Below, in pieces: positions 1 through 10,850 of a stretch of 62,000 bases of DNA. Position 1 is the stretch's first letter; each line of letters begins with the position of its first letter. Origin of the DNA: Chiloscyllium plagiosum (taxonomy: Eukaryota); contig NC_057751.1 of the NCBI RefSeq assembly GCF_004010195.1, forward strand, positions 15,056,597 to 15,118,596, given 5' to 3'. Under the pieces are notes generated by a model. It searched no databases and had not been told where the DNA came from. It saw only the letters and a program-made list of their open reading frames with translations. A program made the translations under genes and the position numbers.

Positions 1-776
1 GACATTGACAGGATGCAGAGATGGGCTGAGAGATGGCAGATGGAGTTCAACCTGGATAAATGCGAGGTGATGCATTTTGGAAGGTCGAATTTGAAAGCTG
101 AGTACAGGATTAAGGATATGATTCTTGGCAGTATGGAGGAACAGAGATCCCTTAAAATGGCCACTCAAGTGGACAGGGTTGTTCAGAAAGCATATGGTAT
201 TTTGGCTTTCATTAACAGGGGGATTGAAGTTAAGAATCGTGAGATCTTTCTGCAGCTCTATAAAACTTTGGTTAGACCGCACTTGCGTCCAGTTTTGGTC
301 GTCCTATTATAGGAAAGATGTGGATGCTTTGGGGAGGGTTCAGAGGAGGTTTACCAGGATGTTGCCTGGACTGGAGGGCTTATCTTACGAAGAGAGGTTG
401 ACTGAATTCTGACTTTTTCATTGGAGAAAAGTAGGAGGAGGGGACCTAATTGAGGTATACAAGATAATGAGAGGCATAGATAGAGTCGATAGCCAGAGAC
501 TATTTCCCAGGGCAGAAATGACTAACACGAGGGGTCATAGTTTTAAGCTGGTTGGAGGAAAGTATAGAGGGGATGTCAGAGGCGGGTTCTCTACACAGAG
601 GGTTGTGAGAGCATGGAATACGTTACCAGCAGCAGTTGTGGAAGCAAGGTCATTGGGGACATTTAAGAGACTGCTGGTCATGCATATGGTGACAGAAATT
701 TGAGGGTGCATACATGAGGATCAGTGATCGGCACAACATCATGGGCTGAAGGGCCTATTCTGTGCTGTACTGTTCT
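1..776 (+). mobile_element. CR1/HER1-like LINE 3' fragment (RT C-terminus and 3' tail)
   Basis: Frameshifted ORF2 motifs WQMEFNLDKCEVMHFG, LYKTLVRPHL, RVQRRFTRMLPGL, TRGH; tail gggctgaagggcctattctgtgctgtactgttcta. Confidence 0.92.
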
Positions 777-966
777 ATTATCAGTGAGTCTCCGCATGAA
801 ACACTGGTGGCATGGCCCGCTTTCTATATGTGTTCATGTACCATGTAAATAGAAAGCAGGCCATGCCACCAGTGTTTCATCCAGAGGCTCACTGATAATG
901 TTACCTAGTACGGTGATGAAACGTTTGAAAATGAACCTTCCAGCTCAGCGAGCAAACCTACATTCA
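777..966 (+). mobile_element. Penelope-like element terminal fragment with inverted duplication
   Basis: Arms 777-827 and 849-899 are reverse complements, followed by a degenerate hammerhead core CTGATAA..GAAACGT. Confidence 0.7.
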
Positions 967-1195
967 GTTGAGAGTTTCAGGACAGAACTGACAATGGTCT
1001 AAGAATGGAGAAAATGACCCATGCCACTTGGACTGATTTTTCCTTTTATAGTTAATATTTTGTTTCTGAACATATTTGCAATTCAGCAGGTGAGATCCAT
1101 CAGGGTATAACTGAATTTTGAGAGCAGTGTGTGATTTATTTTAAATAGACAGAGAAATAATTGGTTTTACTAGATCTTGATCTTCCTCACTGTTC

Positions 1196-2010
1196 ATGTC
1201 CATTTTCCTGCCTTTTCCCCATAACCCTTGACTCCCCCACTGATCAAGAATGTGTCTGTCTCGGTCTTAAATATGCACAAAAGACTTTGCCCCCACAGCT
1301 GTCTGTGGCAAAGAACTCCAGAATCACTTAACTGTACGAGAGAGGAAATTGCTCCTTCTCTGTCTCAAATCAGCACCCCTTATCAGTGGGCGGCACGGTG
1401 GCACACTGGTTAGCACTGCTGCCTCACAGCGCCTGAGACCCGGGTTCAATTCCCGCCTCAGGCAACTGACTGTGTGGAGTTTGCACGTTCTCCCCGTGTC
1501 TGCGTGGGTTTCCTCCGGGTGCTCTGGTTTCCTCCCACAGTCCAAAGATGTGCAGGTCAGGTGAACTGGCCATGCTAAATTGCCCATATTGTTAGGTAAG
1601 GAGTAAATGTAGGGGTATGGGTGGGTTGCGCTTCGGCGGGTCGGTGTGGACTTGTTGGGCCGAAGGGCCTGTTTCCACACTGTAATGTAATCTAATCTAA
1701 TCTAATCTATATCTGAATCTGTGTGCCCTCTGGTCCTAGACTCTCCCATGAAAGGAAATTTTCTCTCTGTACTTATCCTGTCAATCCTCTTAAGAATCTT
1801 AATTGTCTGAATGAGATCACATTTTATTCTTATCTTGAGTGAGTAGAGTCCCAACCTCTGTAATCTTTCCTCACAAGACAAGTGGGGATCAAATTGCTGA
1901 ACTACCTCCAATGAAATAATTTTTTTGAGTAATGGGACCAACATTTTTCACAGTATTCCAGATGTGATCTTCCCTGCATCTTGTACAATTGCAGTAAGAC
2001 TTCCCCAATT
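1196..2010 (-). mobile_element. CR1-like LINE 3' fragment interrupted by a SINE
   Basis: Minus ORF EERLQRLGLYSL..DLIQTIKILKRIDR..SRTRGH; split by the SINE at 1388. Confidence 0.8.
1388..1709 (+). mobile_element. HE1-like tRNA-derived V-SINE, full length
   Basis: GGGCGGCACGGTGG head with A/B boxes (GGTTCAATTCC), V-domain gtggagtttgcacgttctccccgtgtctgcgtgggtttcctccgg, CR1-like tail, (TAATC)n end. Confidence 0.9.
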
Positions 2011-3339
2011 TTAAGAAAAAGCACCAGGAATTGTAACAATGATCAGGCTTATAAAAATCCTCAATACAATCAGAGGACAACTTCAATCATGAGGGCCATC
2101 TTGTGGCAAATGGAAGCTTTGCCATAATTTGACATGACTGTCAAAGTAACAGCTGCAGTGGAGCAGTATGCTTAGATTTTCATGGACAATCATGGCACAG
2201 GATAAAAATTTGGTATGTCGAGAGCTGGGAAGTTTTTGTCTTCCAATTAATACTGAATGCTCTGGAAATCAACAGCTGAACTGTTAGCATCCTAACAGAA
2301 TAGATTTGCTTTGTCAAAATAGCTGTTGGTTGAGTTACCTGATCATTGGGGCACTGCATTAACTGCTGGAAGATGTGTGTCAGGGTTCAAGTTCAGAAGG
2401 ATTCAAGCTTGATTGAAAATCTCTTTGAGGCAATGGCAGTTCAGCACTCATGTTTAGTCACTGTGGCAGAAAAAGAAGCCATTTGGCTCATGGTTCTGAC
2501 ATGAAGCATGACCATCTGAGTTTCTGCTGCTTTATAACATGGTATGCCCTTTATAATACTGCCTTTAGGAGAGGGTAACAAAAAGGTGGAAAATGTTAGC
2601 ATTATTTTTACAAAGTTGTGATCTCATTTCAGTTTTTTTGTTTCCATATGATGAAGATGCAAAATCATGTTTTGTAGCCAAGTTGTTGTGTGAATTATCT
2701 GATGCCAAGACTTTGGGTTTTTGTTTTATTTGTTTTTAATGCAGACTTCTAGCTGAAAGCTACTTGATGTCAACACTGAGCTGATCCTGTTGGGAACAAG
2801 GTGTACATTGAATTGTGGATCTGTTACTAACTTCTTCAGGCATGTAAATAAGTAAACTGTCAGATTTTTATCAATATAATTAAATAATCTTGTAATGTTT
2901 TTTCATTAAATTTATTAACATTTAAAAAAAGGTTTTCATTGTTTCAGTGAGAAAGCATGTAGTCTTAAATGTGACATAGTTGCTGCAGAAAATGCACGAA
3001 AGTGCTTTTTCAGAGGAATTGGGGACGTCTGTTCATAGTGTCAATGGATTGGTGTAAATGAGGTGATAACATTTGTTCACTTGTGGAATGTGTGGCAGTA
3101 GTTCCTTCTCACGCATATTTCATAGCAGGATGTTGGGCAATTAAATTGTTGGTTTATATCGAAGACTCTTAATGAAACTCCTACTCAATAGGAAAAGAAC
3201 TTAATTTCGTAAACTGAGTGGGATATGCACGTAATAGAACAATCTTGATACATTTTCATGTCTTCCACACTGAGCAGACTTGAATTTATGAAGCTCCCCT
3301 CCCTCATCTTAACTGCTCCGGGAAGTTTGGCTCATGTTT

Positions 3340-3386
3340 TTGTGTGTGTGTGTGTGTGTGTGTGTCAGAGAGAGAGAGAGAGACAG
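3340..3386. repeat. compound (TG)n(AG)n microsatellite
   Basis: Directly visible. Confidence 0.95.
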
Positions 3387-4484
3387 ACGGTGACATGACT
3401 AAAACTAGTGGAAAGTTTACCTCCTTATGGTCTGATATGAGTGAACGCTGGCTTGTCATGTTCCCTGGACTCCGATATCCTGGAATGTTATGAATTTAAT
3501 TTGCATTCTGGGAATCTAAGATGATTTTAAAAGCCATTTTATAGGATAATGATACTGGACATGTTAGCTGACCAAGATGACCTCATGACCTTTTCTGCAT
3601 AATTTAAACTGGTGTCTTCTTATGACGTACGAGCCAAAACAATTTACCATCTGGCCTAGCCTGATCTGGTGTTCCTGCTTTCATATGCATTTGGCCTAAT
3701 TAGTCAAGCGTACTCAGACCTGTCAATGAGTTTCTCTTGTTCTGCAAACTTTTGCCATTTTAATGCTGCTTATCTGATGAAGGACCTGTGGCGTTTTTGT
3801 AATTTTAATACCAAACTTGGGATGAAGACAGCTTATTTTCAGCAAGAAGGAAAGTTGCCTGAGAGAGATCTTAGAGTAAGAGCTGGCACCGGTACTCTGC
3901 TAATGGTTTTCGAACCTTAGCTCAAGCCTGGCCTGTCGGTATTTATGTTATAGTGTAACATTGATGCCATTGGTAAAAGAAGGTAATAATTTGAACTAAA
4001 CTGTCTGAAGAGTTTTATATTCCAGAGTGCCACAGAGTACAATCTCCAGGATGTGTCAAGAGATGCTTCAAGTCGAGTCCATCAGGGATTCCCTGAGCTG
4101 TCTCAAATAGATACTTTAACATCAGAGCTAGCTAACATTAAATGAAAGCAAGTGTCTGGAGACTTAGCCATGTTTGCGAAGAGAGCAGGTAGAATAGTAC
4201 ACCGTGACAGTGATATTAAAATTATACAACCTCAAAGAGCACAACACGTTTGATAATATTTTTTCAAGATGATGATAGTATCCCACATTGTTCCTCCTCA
4301 CATAAAAATATGCTGTCCTCCTGAGATTTTCTCACCCTTGCATCCTCATTTTTGTTAAAACTCATTCATTCTTTGGTGAAAAAGTTGTAGAAATCTTGAG
4401 TTGACATTTTCTTTCTGTATATTTTTAAAATGTAATATGACTGTCCAAGTGGCTGTGAAGTGCTTTTAGATTATCCTGACCAAC

Positions 4485-5175
4485 ATTATTCAATGAAAAG
4501 TGAGTATCACTGTCAAGTTAGCTTTTGTTGTTAATTTTGAATGCCTTGAAAAAGTGATGGTGAACTGCTGTAGTCCATGTGGCTTGGATACATCTAGAAT
4601 GGTGTCCAGGAGAGAGATCCTAGAATTTGACCTGGTGACAGTGAAGGAATAGCTTTCTGTATGGTTCCAAGTCAGGATAGTGAGTTGTTTGGAGGGTAAC
4701 TTGGCATTTCCTTCATTTGCTATTCTTGTCCTTAGATGGTAGGTTATGGATTTGGAAAGTAATGCCTTGTTGACTTGTTGCATTGCATCTTGTCAGTGGC
4801 ACACACTATTGCCATTGTGTTTCAATGGTGGATGTGTGCCAACCAAGTGGACTGATCAGTACAAAATGCTCTTCATTATGGGGTTGGGCATGCACCCATC
4901 CAGGCTAGTTGGGAGTATTCTATCATGTTCCTGACTTGTGCTTTGTTGGTTCTTGACAAGCTTTTGGAGGTCAGGAGGGGAGTTACTTACCATGGAATCC
5001 TGACCTCTGACCTGTTCTTGTAGCTATTGGTTTTTATGTGGTAGATCCAGTTCCTTTTTTTGGTCAAAGTTTGTTACCAGGTTGTTGTTACTGTGCTGTA
5101 TTCAGTGATGGTAATGCAATTGAATTTCAAGGCAATGCTGTTCGGTTCTTACTTTTTGGAGATATTCATTGCATG
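4485..5175 (-). mobile_element. CR1/L2-type LINE 3' fragment (same family as 51105-54025)
   Basis: Reverse-complement similarity to 53300-54020 and similarity to 38230-38490 / 40245-40690. Confidence 0.7.
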
Positions 5176-5312
5176 GACAAGACTCGTTACAAGTTATTCT
5201 TTTCTTTCAAAATAAAGAGACTTGACATCATGTAACAGAGTGTAGGGGTCAGTAGCTGTACATTTCTCACATCCCTTCCTGTGCTTCCTCATCATGTTAA
5301 CTGGTGTCTGCT

Positions 5313-6564
5313 TGTTCTGACAATACTATGGCTTTAAGAGCAGTTATTTTGTACTAGTTTTATTGAAGAGCGGTTTTAAGGCAGAGGTATTGAGCAGGCT
5401 ACCACAGCCACTAGACCAAACAGGTTGTGAGGCCTTGGGGTTTTGTTTTAAAAGGTTGGAACAATAGAAGCAGCCTGAATGGGTATGGTTAAGCTTTCAC
5501 AGAACCAAAACTTTCAGTGTTTAGTTTTCAGCAATTGCTGTTGGGATCTTGAAGTGGAAGTTACTTTTTCCCTTGCTCAGTTATAGCCAAAAGCTGGGGC
5601 TTCTCTTTCTGCTACTGGAGTTGCTTGTGAGACAATCTGTTTTCTGAATTTGCCTTTTGCCACGAGTGTGATTAAGAAGTTTTGCTATATTAGAACAATT
5701 AATTCGTAATAGCAATTGTATTTATTATTGTGTTAAGTTTTCCAATCAAGTTAATTAATTCCAATTCCTGCCTTCCTTTTTTTTTGTGTTTTAACTGTTG
5801 TGGATGAGGTACATGGGATAGTGAAGAAGGCGTTTAGTATGCTTGCTTTTATTGGTCACTGCATTGAGTGCAGGAGTTGGGAGGTCATGTTGCGGCTGTA
5901 TACGACATTGGTTTGGCCACTTTTGGAAAACTGCATGCAGTCCTGGTCTCCCTGCTGCAGGAAAAATGTTATGAAACATGAAAGGAATCAGGGAAGATTT
6001 ACAAGGAGGTTGCCAAGGTTGGAGAGTTGTGCTATAGGAAGAAGCTGATTAACCTGGGGCTATTTTTCATGGAGCATCGGAGGCTGAGGGGTGACCTTCT
6101 TGAGGTTAATAAAATCATGAGGGGTAAGGATCGGGTCAATCAGGGAGTCCAAAACTAGAGGGCATAGGTTTAAGGTGAGAGGGGAAAGATTTAAAGGGAC
6201 TTAAGGGGCACTGTTTTCATGCAGAGGGTGGTCTGTGTTTAGAATGACCTGTTAGAAGTGGTGGAGATTGGTACAATACAATATTTAAAGGCATCTGGAT
6301 GAGTATATGAACAGGAAGGCATTAGATGGATATGGGCCAAGCGTTGGCAAATTAATTCAGGATATCTGGTCAGCATGAAAGGGACTGTTTCCGTGTCACA
6401 CAGCTCCTATGACTTAAATAAAATGTGTCTTGCTTTAGGTCTGGTAGTTTGACCAAGTAAATTGCATCTGAAAAGCAATACCTTACATTAACCTTTAAAA
6501 TAAGAAAAAGATAAAGTTCAGACTATGTTCTAAATATTGAGCAGCTTTGGTCTGGTCCATAACA
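5313..6564. mobile_element. solo-LTR-like element interrupted by a CR1 fragment
   Basis: TGTTCTGA...CCATAACA termini; flanks ctgct/ctgca (5-bp TSD, 1 mismatch); AATAAA at about 6417. Confidence 0.55.
5800..6414 (+). mobile_element. CR1/HER1-like LINE 3' fragment
   Basis: VKKAFSMLAFI..LYTTLVWPLLENCMQSWSP; CR1 tail ending ctatgact. Confidence 0.88.
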
Positions 6565-7904
6565 CTGCACATTTAAGGATATAAGACCCTCGTTATCTTT
6601 CCATGCAACTTGATCATGAGAATGAGAGTGTTTAATTACTCTTATCAAAACTAAATGATTGAGCAAGGAGATTTTGTATGTTTTATGCAGTCACATTTTT
6701 CATATTCAAGATATTATTTCCCATTCACATACAAACAAAAATCAGGTGCATGTTAGAATATATTGAAAGTAAAATAGGATTGCTCATTACATCTGGAATT
6801 CCTCTGATTAACACTTGTGCTACTTTGTAAAGTTTTAACTCCACTGTAACATGGGAAAAGGTTGATCAGCTGCGTGATCTCCACAATGGTTCACATTTAT
6901 AAAATGAGGGGACTTATTCAGATGCAGCTCAGGTCAGTGGAAAACAGACTGTGATAGGATGTTGATTCAATTATGCTTAAGATTCTTTTTTTTTGGAACT
7001 TTACATTCTTCAGTGGGCAGAACCTTTTTATTTCTTTCTTATGTATGTTAAGAAGGACATAAGTTTCGTTTTTGAGTTCAGTGAACAGGATGTGTGGAAA
7101 TATGTTAAAGTAGGATTAATTTGGGAAACTTGGTTGGATGGATGAGATGCACCAAAGGGTCTGTTTCTGTGCGGTATGACTCTATGAAGAGTTCAGTGCC
7201 TTAGAAAAATAAGGGTTGGGAAAAAAAGGCTTTTGTCTTGCTCAAGGTGCCTTATGACACCGGGAGAAAGAGACAGAAATGAACCAGTTTAGAAAGAGAG
7301 AGCCAGCCAGTAGGTTAGTGACTGTACATGCTTCTGAAGGAGAGGACAAGTATATGTTACTCGAGCCGTTGTTAATTGAGCAGTCTGCAAAGTGGTGTGA
7401 GGAGAAAAAGTCTTGTGTGCTTATATTGTCACGAAGAGAAAGCTGCAGAAAAAATGGCGGTGGAAGAGGCTGAAGAAATCCATATTTGTAAATAAGTGAA
7501 CTGTGTTACCAGTTTGTTAAAGGTCTTTGAATATCTCTTTCAAAGCGAAGTAGCATTGAGTGAATGTAGAAGTTTCTCGCAAAAAAACCAAGTACAACTA
7601 CATAAATGGAACAAGAAACTTGAAAATGGAAATGGGGTGACCCTTCATTGGACGTTGCGTATCGGTGAGTTTAGTGTTGAGGGTGAAGTGATGATGAATT
7701 TTTAAAACATTTGTTTCACAGTTCTTACATAGTGTAATGTGTACTTTTTCCTTTTGTGTATCATAAGCATTGATATTCCTTTGTACTTCACACAATTAAT
7801 TTGTTCAGTGACTGACCACCATGGTTATCAAACTGCAGGAAGAATATTTATGGTTTATCAAGATTTTGTTTTCATAATCAAATCTCACTTGGATCGATCC
7901 AATG

Positions 7905-8838
7905 TTACCATCAGCTGGGATCATAATTCAAGACCTACTTCAGGACTTCAGTCCAAAAATTAAGACTGACCACTTCATGTTGCTGTACAGTTAGGACTGC
8001 CATTGTTGCATGAGCTGTTAAACCTGTTGGTGGATGTAAAACTCTCCTGCTCTGAGGAAGAGCAGGAGCGTTTTCCCTGTAGTCTTGGCCAATTTATCTC
8101 TGTCAACAGCATGAGAACAGATGATCTACTGTCAGTATCACAGGGTGGTGAGTGCTCCTTCTTGAAGATAGCTCCACAACATCGAAACTTTGGTATGGAC
8201 ACTATAGGTGCCTGAAAAGTCCTTTCCCTACCACCACAAGAAAAACCAGTAAAGCTTCTGGCTGAAGTATTGGTTTGACTTCTCTTGTATATTCCAAGGT
8301 GGTGCTTCAGCGTCAGCAGTGTGTTAACGTTTTGGTATTGCTTTTTTTCTTGTTTGCTCGGGTTTACACGGTGTTTATACGGTGCTCTCACAACAAGCTC
8401 ACCATCACCTTCTCCAGAGCAATTGCAGCTAGGCCATGAAAACTCATCTAGTTTGTTCTGCCTACATGTCATGTGAAAGTTAATCTGAGGCACTCATTGA
8501 CCTTAACAACTGACAGAATTTACCATAAATCATTACAAGTGATGCCAAAATGGCCAGCAGGCTTTGTCGTGTGTAGTACAGAGGAGGCAGACAGCAAGCA
8601 AAATAGGAAGAAAAATGGAATTAAACCCCAAGAATGGGGTCATTGATTACAATTACATGAACGCGCAGGCCAGAAACCCCTTTGCTCTGGTTCGACCAGA
8701 TCCCCAACTCGAGAGATGGCTGACAATAGTTGGGGGCTTGCTGTGCACAGATCAACTGTGGTGTTCCTTACGCCAACCCTTCCAGAATGAAGCCAATTGA
8801 CTTTAGGATAGTGAAAGGTACTATGTAAATGCAAGTCT
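7905..8838 (+). mobile_element. old Deu-domain SINE (SacSINE1/AmnSINE1-like) split by an insertion at about 8140-8725
   Basis: gtggatgtaaaa..gaggaagagcaggagcgttttccctgtagtcttggccaatttatc..aacagatgatct (8030-8130) and ggcttgctgtgcacagat..gtgaaaggtactatgtaaatgcaagtct (8735-8838) resemble the Deu-SINE consensus as I recall it. Confidence 0.6.
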
Positions 8839-8904
8839 GCCACAGGTGATTTAGTGATGGAGGGGGAGAAAAAAAAAGAATCGTTTAGTTGTAAGAGCAC
8901 TTAC

Positions 8905-10183
8905 AGTCACAGAAATGTAAAGCACAGAACTAGACCCTTCAGTTTAACTCATCGATGCTGACCAGATATCCCAACCCAATCTGGACCCACCTTCCAGCAC
9001 CTGACCCATATCCCTCCGAACCATTCCTAATCATACACCGACCCAGGCGCCTTTTAAATGCTGCAATTGTGCTAGTCTTCAGCAATTCCTCTGGCAGCTC
9101 ATTCCATACACTTACTCCCCTCTGCGCGAAAAAGCTGCCCCTTCGGTCTCTTTTTTTATATTTTTTCCCTCTCATCCTAAACCTTTACCCTCTAGTTCTG
9201 GAATTCCCCACCCCAGGGAAAAGATCTTGTCTATTTACCGTATACATGCCGCTCATGATTTTATAAACCTCGATACGATCATCCTCAACCTCCGATGCTC
9301 CAGGGAAAACAACCCCAGCCTATTCAGCCTCTCCCTAAAGCTCAAATCCTCCAAACTTGGCAACATCATTGGAAATCTTTTCTGAATCCTTTCAAGTTTC
9401 ACAAAATCCTTACAGTCGGAAGGAGACCAGAATTGCATACAATATTCCAAAAGTGACTGAACCAATGTCCTGTACAGCCACAATATGCCCTCCAAATTCC
9501 TGTACTCAATATTCTGACTAATAAATGAAAGCATACCAAACGCCTTCTTCACTATCCTATCTACCTATGACTCCACTTTCAAGGAGCTATGAACCTGCAC
9601 TCCAAGGTCTCTTTGTTCCGCAACGCTTGCTTGGACCTTACCATTAGGTGTATAAGTCCTGCTAAGATTTGTTTTCCCAAAATGCAGCACCTTGCATTTA
9701 TATGAATTAAACTCCATTTGCCACTTCTCAGCCCATTGGCCCATCTGATCAAGATCCCGTTGTAATCTGAGGTAACCTTCTTCGCTGTCCACTGCACCTC
9801 CAATTTTGCTGTCATCTGCAAACTTACCAGCTGTACCTCTTATGCTCGCATCCAAATCATTTATGTAAATGACAAAAAGTAGGGAAACCAGCAGTGATCC
9901 TTGTTGCATACCACTGGTCACAGGCATCGGGTCTGAAAAACATCCCTCCACCACCAGCCTCTGTCACCTTTGAGCCAGTTCTGTATCCAAATGACTAGTT
10001 CTCCCCGTATTCTGTGAGAGCTAACCTTGCTAATCCGTCTCCTATGCGGAACCTTGTCGAACGCCTTACTGGTTCCCATATAGATTACGTCTACCGCTCT
10101 GCCCTCATCCGTCCTCTTTATCACTTCTTCAAAAAAAAACTGTCAGGGTAGTGAGACTTGATTTCCCACGCACAAAGCCATGT
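8905..10183 (-). mobile_element. CR1/HER1-like LINE, RT domain to 3' end
   Basis: [49 protein letters not shown]; frameshifted. Confidence 0.93.
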
Positions 10184-10399
10184 GCACTTCTGGTCACATA
10201 AAATGCAAATCGGTTGGAAAGGCTGGGCTGGGTGGAGGTGCCAGTCGTGAGGAAAACAACAATGCTTTTTGGGGGAGGGGGGGAGGAACTTTCATCGCCA
10301 TTTGTGAAAGGAATCCCACAATTTCAGCCAGTAAACGCAGGGCAAAGTAAAGTAAATCAGTCAACAATTGCTCAGAGATGCCCATGTTTAAACTACATG

Positions 10400-10850
10400 A
10401 GGTTATAAATCGCCACGAATTGGTTGCGATGGTACCTGCAATCTTGGTGACGGTTGAGTCTCGCGCGCGCGCGACCGCGCGACCGCTCGATTTAAATCCC
10501 AGCTGGCCGTTGGTCGCGCGCACGCGGCCTGGCAACGCGGCCGAAGCCTGGCCTTTTCCTGACGGGACAAGCCCGGGGCGAAGCCCCGTCACGGCCGACG
10601 GGTGACGCGAAGAGGCGGCTCGGGGGTCGGATTGCCTCGTTACTTCATCGCCCTCCGCCACCATGAGCAAGAGGAAAGCGCCGCAAGAGACGCTCAACGA
10701 GGGGATTACCGACTTCCTAATCGGTAAGAGGAATGGAGGTGGAGGAGGCGGCGGATGGGTTTGTCGGTCCGATCCTCAACCACCGAGAGGGAATGACAAG
10801 CCTTGCCTCAGGACCGTCCTTCCTCAGCCGGTGTTGAAAGCGGGTCCAAA
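10400..10850 (+). promoter_or_regulatory. POLB: CpG-island promoter / 5' end of POLB
   Basis: The strongest CpG/GC-rich stretch of the window, spanning the ATG. Half-CRE TGACG/CGTCA at 10448, 10560, 10587, 10603; (CG)6 at 10462-10473; reverse CCAAT at 10419; no canonical TATA box seen. Confidence 0.85.
10663..10723 (+). CDS. POLB: POLB exon 1 coding part (61 nt)
   Basis: Kozak [29 protein letters not shown](E); donor GTAAGA at 10724. Confidence 0.97.

Noticed and set aside
1388..1460. tRNA-like A/B-box sequences here and at other copies
   Set aside because: These are SINE heads followed by a V-domain and LINE-like tail, not tRNA genes.
7200..7720. Short ORFs, a YY1-like AAAATGGCGG and a GTGAGT donor-like site
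   Set aside because: No coherent exon chain or recognisable homology.
7975..8493. 172-aa minus-strand ORF and overlapping + strand ORFs
   Set aside because: No recognisable domain; overlaps a decayed Deu-SINE and a LINE tail, so likely a chance ORF.
9565..9954. Reverse transcriptase ORFs as a possible novel RT system
   Set aside because: Frameshifted, truncated CR1-type LINE fragments; no intact ORF2 anywhere in the window.
10194..10697. 167-aa antisense ORF over the POLB promoter
   Set aside because: Stop-codon scarcity in a GC-rich CpG island explains it; no protein motif.
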